Virus record (IMG/VR): IMGVR_UViG_3300032007_000058
Span: 1-64,000 of that record
From: a virus
Taxonomy: Duplodnaviria > Caudoviricetes
Length of the DNA: 64,000 nucleotides
Strand: one strand, 5' to 3'
Positions 44,010 through 53,604 of this stretch are shown here, piece by piece (position 1 is the first letter of the stretch; every line of letters begins with the position of its first letter). Under the pieces are notes generated by a model. The model did not search any database and had not been told where the DNA came from. It saw nothing but the letters and a program-made list of their open reading frames with translations. Made by a program: the position numbers and the translations under genes.

Positions 44010-44477
44010 GTGCAGAGAGGAGGCGTATTTCAAAGACGGCTCCGGGGATTGAGAAAAAAAATGGGACTGACCCAGGAAGACCTGGGGAGGCTTGTAATGG
44101 TCTCAGTCAAGACTATCCAACGATGGGAGGATGGGACTCGCTCCCCGCGTGCGGATGAGCTCACGAGGCTAGCCGTCGTTCTGAATGTCCCCGAAATAGC
44201 GTTTTTTGAGGGGGCTAATGAAGGTATAAAAGAATTCAAGCTAATTCTCGACAAGGAGGGGGAGTGTTCTTTGGATATGGTGAACATGAGCGCTACGGCG
44301 CCCGATGCGAAGGTAATGGTCGTCAGTGGGGATCGCATCGCGATCCAGACAAACTTAAAGACGGTGGGGATGACGAAGGACGCCGCGTACAAGGCGATGA
44401 TCGAGACATTCAACGAGACATTCGAAGACGCCTGGGCGCAGCAGGAGAAGTGGCGCGAGAGGAAGTCGCAGGGTTAG
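44010..44477 (+). CDS. XRE/Cro-like HTH regulator
   Basis: LRKKMGLTQEDLGRLVMVSVKTIQRWEDG. Confidence 0.88.
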   Translation: MQRGGVFQRRLRGLRKKMGLTQEDLGRLVMVSVKTIQRWEDGTRSPRADELTRLAVVLNVPEIAFFEGANEGIKEFKLILDKEGECSLDMVNMSATAPDAKVMVVSGDRIAIQTNLKTVGMTKDAAYKAMIETFNETFEDAWAQQEKWRERKSQG

Positions 44478-44514
44478 TCCCCTGCGCTGACTCGCCCCCT
44501 TCAGAGGAGGGGAT

Positions 44515-44862
44515 ATGAGGAGGATCGACATGGAGACAAGGAAAAGGAGGCGGGCGCTTACCCCTAAGGCGAAAGGGGAGAGGGAGGCGGAGGTATTAGC
44601 GCCATTGACACCGCGTCTCCTGACCGATGAAGGGGCAGCGCGTTATTTAGGGGTCGGTGTGGCTTTGCTCCGACAGATGCGTACCGAAACGCCACTGCGT
44701 TTCACGGAGGAGACTTGGGCGGCCGCCCTGGAGAAGAACGATATCGCCCCGATCCCCTTCCTGAAGATCGGGCGCTCTATCCGATACGATGTCCGTGCCC
44801 TGGACGACTGGATCAGCCGCCAGAGGGTCATCGGGCAACTACCACAGGCGAAGGAGGCGTGA
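44515..44862 (+). CDS. Excisionase/AlpA-like HTH protein
   Basis: LLTDEGAARYLGV...FLKIGRSIRYDVRALDDWI. Confidence 0.8.
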   Translation: MRRIDMETRKRRRALTPKAKGEREAEVLAPLTPRLLTDEGAARYLGVGVALLRQMRTETPLRFTEETWAAALEKNDIAPIPFLKIGRSIRYDVRALDDWISRQRVIGQLPQAKEA

Positions 44863-45237
44863 TATGTTCGCGTTTTTTAAGAGGTTGCGGGAGCGCCGTC
44901 GGGCGCGTCTGAAGGAGCGGGTCCAGAGCATCATCCTCTGCGACCGGCTGTTATCCTCGGGGACTCTTATGAGGACGTGGCGGAGAAGGGGGGGGCATAG
45001 ATAGAGCAATAGCCAACGTTGAGACCCAAAGGTCAAATAAGGCAAGCGCTGAGTCGCGGCTTGGCTAGTCAAGGTATGTCTAGGCAAGTCATGGATCCTG
45101 GGAAAGGAGGAGATGGTATGCAGCGCGAGGAGAGAGAGATGGACCTGAGCTGGCCGGTCATTTCCGATGAGGCTTCCGAGTCCGACCTGGTGAGAGCCGT
45201 CATCCTGGACCAGTTCAGCGAGGAGAGGGAGTAAGGC

Positions 45238-45402
45238 ATGGCGGAGAAGCGCTACTCCTTGCGTGTCGTCCTAGACAAGGCGACGCATCAGGCCCTTCTG
45301 GAAAGGGCTGGGCTGCTCAACAGTACGGTGGAGGAGGAGGCCTACCACGCGATCAGAGCATCGCTGAGGAGGCGGCTCGTGCGAAAGGAGGACGATAACT
45401 GA
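45238..45402 (+). CDS. Small RHH-like protein (not in ORF track)
   Basis: YSLRVVLDKATHQALLERA; TGATG coupling to the next gene. Confidence 0.5.
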   Translation: MAEKRYSLRVVLDKATHQALLERAGLLNSTVEEEAYHAIRASLRRRLVRKEDDN

Positions 45403-45764
45403 TGGCCCTCGTACCGGACGCGGCGCTGGCCGCCGAGATCCGCGCCCTTCGGAAGGAGCCGACCCCGGACCGCCGGACGAAGATCCGGAAGGCGGGGCAG
45501 ACGCTCCGGTCGGTGCCCCTGGAGGGCGGGCTCGACGAGCTCCTCCGGGAGCACGAGCGGGCCGCCGTGGCAGTCCTGGTGGCGGGCTCGCTCATCGCGG
45601 ACCGCTGGAGCCACACGGCGAAAGCCCTGGCCTGGGCCTACGCAGTCATGGATCTCTATCGGGACGACGCGCAATTCCCGGAGGCCGTGAGCCCCAGCTT
45701 CCACCCCACGTATCTATGGCATTTCATCGAGCCCTTCGCGCGGATGGCGGGGGAGGAGAAGTGA
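45402..45764 (+). CDS. Hypothetical protein
   Basis: Coupled ORF, high GC3. Confidence 0.6.
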   Translation: MALVPDAALAAEIRALRKEPTPDRRTKIRKAGQTLRSVPLEGGLDELLREHERAAVAVLVAGSLIADRWSHTAKALAWAYAVMDLYRDDAQFPEAVSPSFHPTYLWHFIEPFARMAGEEK

Positions 45765-45890
45765 CGTGATCGCCTGGGACTTCCTGCTACTGTGCGCGTG
45801 TTTCTTCATCGAATATGGATGGGACTGATGTGGGTGCTATTGGTCGTCGCTATCGTGTGGGTGCTTCTGTTCTATGACGGGAGAAGGTGA

Positions 45891-46103
45891 ATGTGCATGA
45901 GGGGAAAGGGGCGGAAGAAGTTATGGCATATATGCATATCTTCTTTAAAAGACGAAGATATCGCTAAGCTCAAGGCATTAGCGAAGCAGGAGCATCGGAG
46001 CATCTCTAACTTTGTCACGCACATCTTGCTCGAATACCTCAAGAAGCATAAGAGGCGTTTTGTAGGTGGTGGAGAGGAGGAGAGGGATGAGCTCATCGGA
46101 TGA
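45891..46103 (+). CDS. RHH (CopG/Arc-like) regulator
   Basis: LKALAKQEHRSISNFVTHILLEYL. Confidence 0.7.
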   Translation: MCMRGKGRKKLWHICISSLKDEDIAKLKALAKQEHRSISNFVTHILLEYLKKHKRRFVGGGEEERDELIG

Positions 46104-46380
46104 GCGTAAGGCGTGGCGGGATTTTGTCGAGGTGTTAGGGGGCTCCGGCCAGCAGTCGAAGGCAGCGGGCAATAGGCGGAGCTCGTTCGGCCTGCGGGGG
46201 TTATCTCCCACCGTCAAGAAGCACAGATTCGAGCCCGGCAAGAAGTACGTGATCGGAGAGGAGCGGGTGAAGTATCTCCGCAAAGAAGGGGAGCATCACG
46301 TTTTCGTCTCCGTGTCGGGTGGCTGGCGGACGAGCTGGACGGACATGCAGTTGGCAGGCGAGGAGGTGAGGAATGGATAA
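46066..46380 (+). CDS. Hypothetical protein
   Basis: C-terminus resembles the C-terminus of 49681..50364 (HVF...GGW..[ST]WTD/FTD.Q); start uncertain. Confidence 0.55.
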   Translation: MVERRRGMSSSDERKAWRDFVEVLGGSGQQSKAAGNRRSSFGLRGLSPTVKKHRFEPGKKYVIGEERVKYLRKEGEHHVFVSVSGGWRTSWTDMQLAGEEVRNG

Positions 46381-46581
46381 GTAAGTACACACTAAAGCGA
46401 AAGGGGGCGATGGGGCGATGAGGAGGACACGGAAGTACGGGAGGTCCATCAGCGCCAGGATGGGATACGAGATGGAGCTCTACCTGCGGGCGAAGGCCGA
46501 GGCGCGGGGCGAGAGCGTGGGCGAGATGATCCGCCGCGCGGTCGCTAAGGACATGAGAGAGAAGATGAGGGATGAGTAGGC

Positions 46582-46887
46582 ATGGCGAAGACGTCGAAGT
46601 ATCCGGAGAAGGTATGCTTCTCCATGCCGTCGTGGATGTATGAGAGGGTCGTTCACGTTGCAGATCAGAATGGCATATCCATCGCCGAGATCGGACGCAG
46701 GGCGCTGAAAGCGTTCCTTAGACAAGATCCGGGGAGTATGGGGATGGGGAAGAGCCTTGTGAGGACCTCCTTCATGATCCCTCATAGGATGAAGAAGAAT
46801 CTGATCTGTACAGCGGAGTCGGCGAACGTGACCGAGCCCGAGCTGGTCCGGCGTGCGCTGGCGCGATATCTAGGGAGGTGGAACTAG
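46582..46887 (+). CDS. Tandem RHH protein
   Basis: Two beta-helix-helix units (KVCFSMP..., RTSFMIP...ELVRRAL). Confidence 0.65.
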   Translation: MAKTSKYPEKVCFSMPSWMYERVVHVADQNGISIAEIGRRALKAFLRQDPGSMGMGKSLVRTSFMIPHRMKKNLICTAESANVTEPELVRRALARYLGRWN

Positions 46888-47153
46888 ACATGATGAGCGC
46901 GATGGAGATGAGATCCTTGCGGCGGGCGATCGCGTGGGTGCTGGACCCGGAAAGGCTGCTGGAGGAGAGGGAGATCTGCGATGTGCAGTGCTACGGGTGC
47001 GAGCATGAGGGGAAGGACGGCTGCCTCGTCAACGTGCTGGCGTGGGAGGATGGGTGCGAGCGGAAGTGGCTCTGGGACGACATCTGCAAGATCTTCGAGG
47101 ACGCAGCCGTCCAGGTCGAGGATCTGCTGGAGCAGGCGGGGTGTCTGGATTGA
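46878..47153 (+). CDS. Hypothetical Cys-containing protein
   Basis: ORF in the early right operon. Confidence 0.5.
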   Translation: MELDMMSAMEMRSLRRAIAWVLDPERLLEEREICDVQCYGCEHEGKDGCLVNVLAWEDGCERKWLWDDICKIFEDAAVQVEDLLEQAGCLD

Positions 47154-47322
47154 TCGAGCCCCAGCGGGGAGGGGCTCGACCGAAAAGTAGGACTATAAGA
47201 GGATAAGGTGAGGATACCATGAAAAGGCTCATAACGCAATGGTTGGAGGCTCGGAAGGCTAGGAAGGCCGAGAGGACGCGGCGTAGGCTCCATCTCGTCG
47301 TCGCATTGGATAGGGGGGATGA

Positions 47323-48057
47323 GTGATGTCGAAAGTAGAGGCGAAGGTGGCGAAGAAGGCGAAGGCCCATAGGCGGTATCGCCTGGCGGACGGTACGCCC
47401 GTTCCCGGCGTGACTACAGTGCTGGGCGTGATCAATAAGCCCGCGCTGGTGAAGTGGGCTAATAACCTGGGGCTCCAAGGGATCGATAGCAGCGCCTACG
47501 TGGATGAGACGGCCCGCGTGGGGACCTTGGGGCACGAGATGATCCAGGAGTACCTCGGCGGCCCGGCTTGGGACCGTGGGGCTTGGGACGCGGGGCAAGT
47601 AGACCTGGCCGAGAACGCGGTCTTGAGCTTCTTCGAGTGGGAGCGGCAGACGGGGTATCGGATGCAGACGATCCATATCGAGCTTCCCCTTGTCAGCGAG
47701 ATCAACCGCTACGGCGGGACGATCGACTGGTACGGCGAGATCGGCGGTCAGCGCTGGCTGGTGGACATAAAGACGTCGAAGGGGCTCTGGCCGGAGCACG
47801 TGTACCAGGTAGCGGCCTATTGGATGATGCTCCAGGAGAACGGGCTCCCCGTGGACGGGGTACGCCTCCTTCGGGTAGGGCGCACCGAGGACGAGGGGTT
47901 TGACGACCACGTTATCGACGTCCCGAAGCTCAACGTGGCTTATAACGTGTTCATGTCCGCCTTGATGCTCTATCGGGCGAAGGCGGAGTTTGAACGGTAC
48001 GAGAAGGCTGAGAAGATCGAGACCGCCCCAGAGAGGGCGAAGAAAGAGGTGGCATGA
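47323..48057 (+). CDS. PD-(D/E)XK exonuclease (Cas4/YqaJ-like partner of the annealase)
   Basis: PGVTTVLG, GTLGH, YGGTIDW, LVDIKTS, QVAAY. Confidence 0.85.
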   Translation: MMSKVEAKVAKKAKAHRRYRLADGTPVPGVTTVLGVINKPALVKWANNLGLQGIDSSAYVDETARVGTLGHEMIQEYLGGPAWDRGAWDAGQVDLAENAVLSFFEWERQTGYRMQTIHIELPLVSEINRYGGTIDWYGEIGGQRWLVDIKTSKGLWPEHVYQVAAYWMMLQENGLPVDGVRLLRVGRTEDEGFDDHVIDVPKLNVAYNVFMSALMLYRAKAEFERYEKAEKIETAPERAKKEVA

Positions 48058-48058
48058 G

Positions 48059-49153
48059 ATGACGACGGCGATAGCGAACGTGGCCCCCCAGGAAGGGACG
48101 ATGTACCAGTGGACGCCGGAGCAGGTGGAGACCATCAAGAGGACCGTGGCGAAGGACGCCTCGGGGCCTGAGCTGGAGATGTTCCTGCACCTGAGCCGGA
48201 CCTACGGGCTGGACCCATTCGCGAAGGAGATCTGGTTCATCAAGATGGACCGGACCCCCACGATCTTCACCTCCCGCGATGGGTATCTGAAGATCGCTAA
48301 CCGCGACCCCCACTTCCAGGGGATGGAGGCGGATGTGGTTTACGAGGGCGACTCTTTCAGGAAGACGAAAGACGGCGTAGATCACGTTTACGGCGTAAGG
48401 GACAGGGGACAGCCTATTGGGGCGTATTGCTTCGTACATCGGGATGATAGGGATTACCCGACGTATATCTACGCCCCCTTCAAGGACTACAACAAAGGCG
48501 GCAACTGGAACAAGTACCCCCACGCCATGATCCTCAAGGTAGCCGAGGCCCAGGCCCTCAAGCGGGCGTTCTGTATCAGCGGCCTGGTCACGCGCGAGGA
48601 GATCGAGGAGGAGCCCGAGGAGCAGCGCCCTGTGACTAGGAGGGCGGCGGCTCCGGCTCCACAGAGCGCGGAGATGGACAGGAAGTCTGGGCTGTGGCAC
48701 AGGCTCCTGGACGCCTTCGATGGAGATGTGGACGCGGCGAAGGCCCTGGCCCTGAAGGTCACGGGCGGGCGTGGCTCGAAGGAGTGGACGGAGGCGGATA
48801 TGTCCGCTCTTGAAGAGGCGATCGATGGGCTCACCGTGCCCCAGCCGCAGGAAGTGGGGACCATCATCCCGGAGATGCTCCCCCTCGACGAACCTCCCGC
48901 CCAGGACGCCGCCGCTCCTATCGAGCCCGAGGTGGTCGAGGAGGAGCCTGAGACGCCGGAGGATAGGATGCGTGCAGAGATACAGGAGCTCCTCGGATCC
49001 GGCGGTCTGGACCTCTCCTTGCCAGAGCGAGAGCAATTCGTCTGGGAGCGGACGAAGAAGACGGATCTGAAGGCCCTGTCCATGGGGGAGCTGTCGAAGG
49101 TAGCCAGGGACGCGCGGGGGCAGTTAGAGAAGCGCGCCAAAGTCGAGGAGTGA
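48059..49153 (+). CDS. bet: RecT/Bet-family single-strand annealing protein
   Basis: GLDPFAKEIWFIK, SRDGYLKIA, GAYC.V, MILKVAEAQALKRAF. Confidence 0.9.
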   Translation: MTTAIANVAPQEGTMYQWTPEQVETIKRTVAKDASGPELEMFLHLSRTYGLDPFAKEIWFIKMDRTPTIFTSRDGYLKIANRDPHFQGMEADVVYEGDSFRKTKDGVDHVYGVRDRGQPIGAYCFVHRDDRDYPTYIYAPFKDYNKGGNWNKYPHAMILKVAEAQALKRAFCISGLVTREEIEEEPEEQRPVTRRAAAPAPQSAEMDRKSGLWHRLLDAFDGDVDAAKALALKVTGGRGSKEWTEADMSALEEAIDGLTVPQPQEVGTIIPEMLPLDEPPAQDAAAPIEPEVVEEEPETPEDRMRAEIQELLGSGGLDLSLPEREQFVWERTKKTDLKALSMGELSKVARDARGQLEKRAKVEE

Positions 49154-49162
49154 TAAAGAACC

Positions 49163-49663
49163 ATGGCGACAGGGTTGAATCAAGTGACGTGCCTTGGGGG
49201 GCTGACGAAGGACCCCGAAGTGCAGCAAGGGCGTGACGGGGGATCTGCGTGGCTGCGCTTCTCCCTGGCCTGTGGCCGTAATGCGAAAGATAGGGACGGG
49301 CAGTGGCGCGAGGAGACGGACTATGTGCCCTGCATCGCTTTTGGACGCACGGCGGAGAATATCGAGAAACACTGCGTCAAGGGCACGCGGATCCTCGTGA
49401 TGGGGAGCCTGAAGAACAAGGAATATAAGACCAGGGACGGCGAGAGGCGCTGGGATACGCGCGTCTATGTGTCGTCGTTCTGCTTCGCTGGCGGGAAGAG
49501 GAAAGACGACGACAGGGGCTACGACGATAGCCGCAGGGACGCGCCACCGCCTCGGGGCAAGGAAGATGAATTCCCCTCGGACTTCAGCGAGTACGAGGGC
49601 GGCGGATTCTCCTTTCGCGAAGGCCCACAGGTGAACGGCGAGGAAGTGGAGATCCCATTTTGA
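49163..49663 (+). CDS. ssb: Single-stranded DNA-binding protein
   Basis: GGLTKDPE, FSLAC, KGTRILVMGSL, acidic C-terminal EIPF. Confidence 0.93.
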   Translation: MATGLNQVTCLGGLTKDPEVQQGRDGGSAWLRFSLACGRNAKDRDGQWREETDYVPCIAFGRTAENIEKHCVKGTRILVMGSLKNKEYKTRDGERRWDTRVYVSSFCFAGGKRKDDDRGYDDSRRDAPPPRGKEDEFPSDFSEYEGGGFSFREGPQVNGEEVEIPF

Positions 49664-49680
49664 GAGAGGGGGTGCAGGGC

Positions 49681-50364
49681 ATGATCTTCGGGAAAGAGAT
49701 CCGGGCGCGGCGTCTGGAGCTGGGGCTATCACAGCCAGCGCTGGAGCGCCTGTCGGGTGTGGGCTACCGTGTCATCTCGAGTATCGAGAGCGGGGTACGC
49801 TTTGGCTCCTATGAGTCCCGGCTCGCCCTGGCTCGTGCCCTGGCCCTGGATGAAGCCGCGATGGTGGAGGGGGCTGACTCCCACGAGTTCGCTCCGATAG
49901 GCTCCGGCGAGAAACTTCGGGCGCGGCGGGAGGAGCTAGAGCTCTCGATCGCAGAGCTGGCGCGGATAGCCGGGACGAACGAGGAGACCATCTCTAAGGC
50001 CGAGAGAGGCAAGACTAGACCTTTATTATCGACCTGGACTCGCTTAGAGAAGGCCTTGCTCCGATACGCCAGTGCGATAGGGGGATCCTCTAGTGTTATA
50101 TCCACGCGTCCCTACGTGTACCGTTATAAAGGGAAGGTCCTAGCGCATTCCTTCACGGAGGGGCAGGCGTACATCTTCGTCCTGCGGCGGGGGCGGGCAG
50201 ATGCGATGGGGCCTTTCCATATCTCGAATACACGGCGCTTCGTGTTCCTGCGGGACGAGCCGGGGCAGGGCTGCCTGCTCCACGTGTTCCGCCATCACGA
50301 GGGCGGCTGGCTGGAGACCTTCACCGACGCGCAGTGTAGCGATTACAAGATCTCGGAGGTGTAG
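49681..50364 (+). CDS. Double XRE-HTH protein
   Basis: Two HTH units (RLELGLSQ..., REELELSIAELA...). Confidence 0.8.
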   Translation: MIFGKEIRARRLELGLSQPALERLSGVGYRVISSIESGVRFGSYESRLALARALALDEAAMVEGADSHEFAPIGSGEKLRARREELELSIAELARIAGTNEETISKAERGKTRPLLSTWTRLEKALLRYASAIGGSSSVISTRPYVYRYKGKVLAHSFTEGQAYIFVLRRGRADAMGPFHISNTRRFVFLRDEPGQGCLLHVFRHHEGGWLETFTDAQCSDYKISEV

Positions 50365-50366
50365 AG

Positions 50367-50963
50367 ATGGCAAAGGAGAAAGAGGACTGGGGGCGGCGGC
50401 TCCTGGCGTTCTATAGCCCGTATCCCGGCGCGGGAAAGACCACGGCGGCGCGGCGGGCGCTCGACGGGCGACGATGCAAAAAGTACCGCATCGCCTTCGC
50501 CGACCCGCTATACGACATCGTGGCCAGCATCAGCGCCCACCTGGGGCTGGCGGCGAAGCACGGCGAGCTGCGGGACAGGAAGGACGAGCCCCTGCCCGAG
50601 CTGGGCGGCGCGTCGGTCCGGGACCTCCTGATCGGATTCGGCGCGAAGGGCCGCGAGATCTTCCCCGACCTCTGGGTGGAGTTCATGCGCGGGCGGCTGG
50701 GCAACTTCTCGCGCATCGGGGAGACGTGGATCGCCATCGACGACCTGCGTTTCCCCAACGAGTACGCGATGCTCCGGGAGGAGGGCGCGAAGATCGTGCG
50801 CGTCACGGTGCCGGGCCGCGAGATCGTCCCATCCGAGACGGAGGCCCTTCTGGAGGGTTTCGCCTTCGACGCGGAGCTGGTGAATCTCCAGGAGGACATG
50901 CGCACCTTCGATGCCCAGGTGGACGTCCTCTGCCGCGACCTGTTCCCGGAGGCCGGGGCGTGA
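50367..50963 (+). CDS. Deoxynucleotide monophosphate kinase
   Basis: PGAGKTT, IAFADPL, VRDLLI.FG, IDDLRFPNE. Confidence 0.85.
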   Translation: MAKEKEDWGRRLLAFYSPYPGAGKTTAARRALDGRRCKKYRIAFADPLYDIVASISAHLGLAAKHGELRDRKDEPLPELGGASVRDLLIGFGAKGREIFPDLWVEFMRGRLGNFSRIGETWIAIDDLRFPNEYAMLREEGAKIVRVTVPGREIVPSETEALLEGFAFDAELVNLQEDMRTFDAQVDVLCRDLFPEAGA

Positions 50964-51280
50964 CCGGGGCGGCACCGAGGGACTGGACGCTCCGTGGGCT
51001 CATGGACGCCATCGAGCGCTGGAAGCCCGACAAGGACCGCCCGAAGGAGGACGCGCTGGCATTGCTACTCCTCACGACGATCGCGGGGGTCTTCCTCGCC
51101 GCCGATGGGGAAAAGGTGCAGTACAAGGAGCGGACGCGCGACGTGGGGCACGTCGACGGCTTCCTGGTGAACCGCTACCGGCGTATGGAAGTGATGGGCG
51201 TCCCCTTCGAGGCGATGGGATTCACGGAGGCCGAGAAGGCCCAGATCCGGGACTGGTACGAGATGGAGGGAGATGCATGA
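50960..51280 (+). CDS. Hypothetical protein
   Basis: GTGA overlap with the kinase stop. Confidence 0.55.
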   Translation: MTGAAPRDWTLRGLMDAIERWKPDKDRPKEDALALLLLTTIAGVFLAADGEKVQYKERTRDVGHVDGFLVNRYRRMEVMGVPFEAMGFTEAEKAQIRDWYEMEGDA

Positions 51281-51597
51281 GATCCATCGAGGGCAAGATG
51301 CCCAAGGGCATCAAGAAGGGCGCGGCGCGGTGCTCCATCTGCAAGGAGCCTATCCCCGCGGGCATCCGCATCCGCGCGGCGATCGAGCGGGACCGGGACG
51401 ACCCGGACGGGCCGCCCGTGATATCCCCGGTCCATCCGGCCTGCCTGGCCCAGTACCTCCGGCGGCATCCGGACTGGACGGACCACCGGGACGATCCGGG
51501 GGCCCTCCCCGACGCGCTGGTGCGGCGGTTCTGGGTGGACCTGGGCCGGAGGAAGGGCTGGGGCGATTTTATCGAGCGGGCGCTGCCGCTCTGTTAG
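51277..51597 (+). CDS. Hypothetical Zn-finger-like protein
   Basis: CSIC...HPAC motif; ATGA overlap. Confidence 0.55.
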   Translation: MRSIEGKMPKGIKKGAARCSICKEPIPAGIRIRAAIERDRDDPDGPPVISPVHPACLAQYLRRHPDWTDHRDDPGALPDALVRRFWVDLGRRKGWGDFIERALPLC

Positions 51598-51607
51598 GAG
51601 GATGCGT

Positions 51608-51763
51608 ATGGACAGGCCAAAGCCAAAGGGCGAGAAGCGCAAGGTGGTGGGCGTCGCTATGCCGGAAGACGTCTACCGCGCGATATGCGACAAGGCGGTG
51701 AAGGAGCATCGGAGCGTGTCCAACCTGATCGCCCACATCCTGGCCACATCGGTCGAGCGGTGA
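51608..51763 (+). CDS. RHH regulator (not in ORF track)
   Basis: VVGVAMPEDVYRAICDKAVKEHRSVSNLIAHIL. Confidence 0.7.
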   Translation: MDRPKPKGEKRKVVGVAMPEDVYRAICDKAVKEHRSVSNLIAHILATSVER

Positions 51764-51784
51764 CGCCACCGAGATATAGGAGGA

Positions 51785-52114
51785 ATGCACATGAACATGG
51801 CGAAGCTCCAGAGGGAGATACACGAGAACGCCGTCGCCCACGGATGGTGGGACGAGCCCCGGACTTTCGGCGACGTCATCGCGCTGTGCCACAGCGAGCT
51901 GTCCGAGGCGCTGGAGGCGCACCGGAACGGCGAGGCGATGGCCTGGACGAACGAGGCCGGGAAGCCCGAGGGCGTGGCCGTGGAGATGGCGGACTGCATC
52001 ATCCGCATCCTCGACTGGGCGGGGCACGAGGGGATGGACATGGAGACGCTCGTGTGGAGGAAGCACGAGTACAACAAGACGCGCCCGTACCGGCACGGAG
52101 GGAAGGCGCTATGA
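51785..52114 (+). CDS. MazG-like nucleotide pyrophosphohydrolase
   Basis: HSELSEALEA, EMADCIIRILD, YNKTRPYRHG. Confidence 0.88.
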   Translation: MHMNMAKLQREIHENAVAHGWWDEPRTFGDVIALCHSELSEALEAHRNGEAMAWTNEAGKPEGVAVEMADCIIRILDWAGHEGMDMETLVWRKHEYNKTRPYRHGGKAL

Positions 52115-52130
52115 CTGGGGGCAAGGCGCT

Positions 52131-52334
52131 GTGATGGGCGAGCGAATCATCAGGAACGCGGCCAGGTGCAACCACTGCGGGGACATCATCGAGAGCAAGC
52201 ACAGGCACGATTTTAAATCATGTTCTTGCGGGCGGATTTTTGTGGACGGCGGGCATTGTTACCTGCGATGGGGCGCTATGCGTATGGATGATTTCACGGA
52301 CCTGTCAGAGGTTGAGGAGGTAGACGATGAGTGA
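52131..52334 (+). CDS. Small Zn-binding phage protein
   Basis: CNHCGDIIES.HRHDF..CSCG...VDGG. Confidence 0.8.
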   Translation: MMGERIIRNAARCNHCGDIIESKHRHDFKSCSCGRIFVDGGHCYLRWGAMRMDDFTDLSEVEEVDDE

Positions 52335-52626
52335 AAAATTGAAACCCTGTCCATTCTGTGGCGGGGATGCTGAGTTTAAAGAAGACATCTATGTCCAAGA
52401 CGGTGACAAAGGCAGCTATGCGAAAGTCTCGTGTTCCAGATGTTTGGCATGTATATCAGATGGCGGACAGTGGTTCGATCAAGAGTCGCACGATCTCATG
52501 AAGAACAGTGTTATCGAGGATTGGCAACGACGCGCAGATAAGGAGCTGGAAAAGGTGACGATGTTCTTAAATCGTCTGCACAAAGCAGTTGATAAAGCTG
52601 TCATGATCGTAGAAGAGTGGCTATAG
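52327..52626 (+). CDS. Lar-family restriction alleviation protein 1
   Basis: LKPCPFCGG...CSRC...WQRR. Confidence 0.8.
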   Translation: MSEKLKPCPFCGGDAEFKEDIYVQDGDKGSYAKVSCSRCLACISDGGQWFDQESHDLMKNSVIEDWQRRADKELEKVTMFLNRLHKAVDKAVMIVEEWL

Positions 52627-52638
52627 GAGGCCCCATCG

Positions 52639-52833
52639 ATGAGTAAAGAGCTTGATCCATGCCCCAGGTGCGGGACCAGGAGATGGCTGAAGGAGGTCTG
52701 CTACGACACCATCCCCACCCAGCGCTTCTATACGATCCGATGTGACAAGTGCAAGCTGGAGGGATGGATAACTGGAAGCCATGAGGAAGCTATATTCGAG
52801 TGGAATTGGGGGATGGCCCATGGCGGTTATTGA
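52639..52833 (+). CDS. Lar-family protein 2
   Basis: LDPCPRCG...CDKC...AIFEWN. Confidence 0.7.
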   Translation: MSKELDPCPRCGTRRWLKEVCYDTIPTQRFYTIRCDKCKLEGWITGSHEEAIFEWNWGMAHGGY

Positions 52834-53170
52834 ACTTAGGCCTTGCACGTTCTGCGGCGGGGAGGCCGAGATGGAGATGGACGAGGCCGGGCTGCATCTG
52901 GTGCGGTGCCAGGAGTGCGCGATGGCGACGCCCCCGGAATATCGCCCGGACCAGGCGGTGGCGGACTGGAACGCGATGTGGGACGGGGCCCTGAAACCCT
53001 GCCCCTTCTGCGGCGAGGATGCGATCGCCGCGTATGACAGCCGGGGGCTGCCCTGCGTCATGTGCAGGCGGTGCGCATGCCGTACCGCCCCGTGCATCGG
53101 GGAGCCCAGCCCGGAGGCGAACCTGAAGGCCGCCCGCGCCGCCTGGAACAGGAGGGCGTGCGATGCGTGA
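52820..53170 (+). CDS. Lar-family protein 3 (two domains)
   Basis: LRPCTFCGG...CQEC...WN and LKPCPFCG...CRRC...AWNRR. Confidence 0.8.
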   Translation: MAVIELRPCTFCGGEAEMEMDEAGLHLVRCQECAMATPPEYRPDQAVADWNAMWDGALKPCPFCGEDAIAAYDSRGLPCVMCRRCACRTAPCIGEPSPEANLKAARAAWNRRACDA

Positions 53171-53339
53171 GGAGCTGAAGCCCTGCCCGTTCTGCGGCAG
53201 CTCGAACGTCCGCTTCTATGAGAGGCGGGGGGCGTACCAGGCGGCTTGCATGGATTGCGAGGCCCGCGCCCAGTACGCCTACTCCAGGAAGGAGGCCGTC
53301 TCCAATTGGAACAGGAGGGCTGGAAATGAGAACGAGTAG
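53163..53339 (+). CDS. Lar-family protein 4 (not in ORF track)
   Basis: MREELKPCPFCGS...CMDC...AVSNWNRR. Confidence 0.85.
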   Translation: MREELKPCPFCGSSNVRFYERRGAYQAACMDCEARAQYAYSRKEAVSNWNRRAGNENE

Positions 53340-53604
53340 AAAGCTGAAGCCGTGCCCACTTGACGACATAATTTCCGCTAGGGAGTACATCGAATTGGAG
53401 CCCTGCCCGTTCTGCGGGAGCTCGAATCTTTACCTCGGCGAACTCAACGGCCCGCTTGAAGACGGGATGACGGTTTACGTCCGTTGCCTGGATTGCGGGG
53501 CGACGATCGAGGGCGAGGGCGTCCATCCCGAGGACGAGACGCGCCGGGGGCTGGCGACGCGGGACGCGGCGGCGCGGTGGAATAAGCGTGAGTGGAAGAG
53601 ATGA
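53326..53604 (+). CDS. Lar-family protein 5
   Basis: LEPCPFCGS...CLDCG...ARWNKR. Confidence 0.8.
   Translation: MRTSRKLKPCPLDDIISAREYIELEPCPFCGSSNLYLGELNGPLEDGMTVYVRCLDCGATIEGEGVHPEDETRRGLATRDAAARWNKREWKR

Noticed and set aside
47323-48057. Cas4 adaptation protein linked to the csf module
   Set aside because: It sits in the standard exonuclease-annealase-SSB recombination cassette 27 kb away and lacks the four-Cys Fe-S motif
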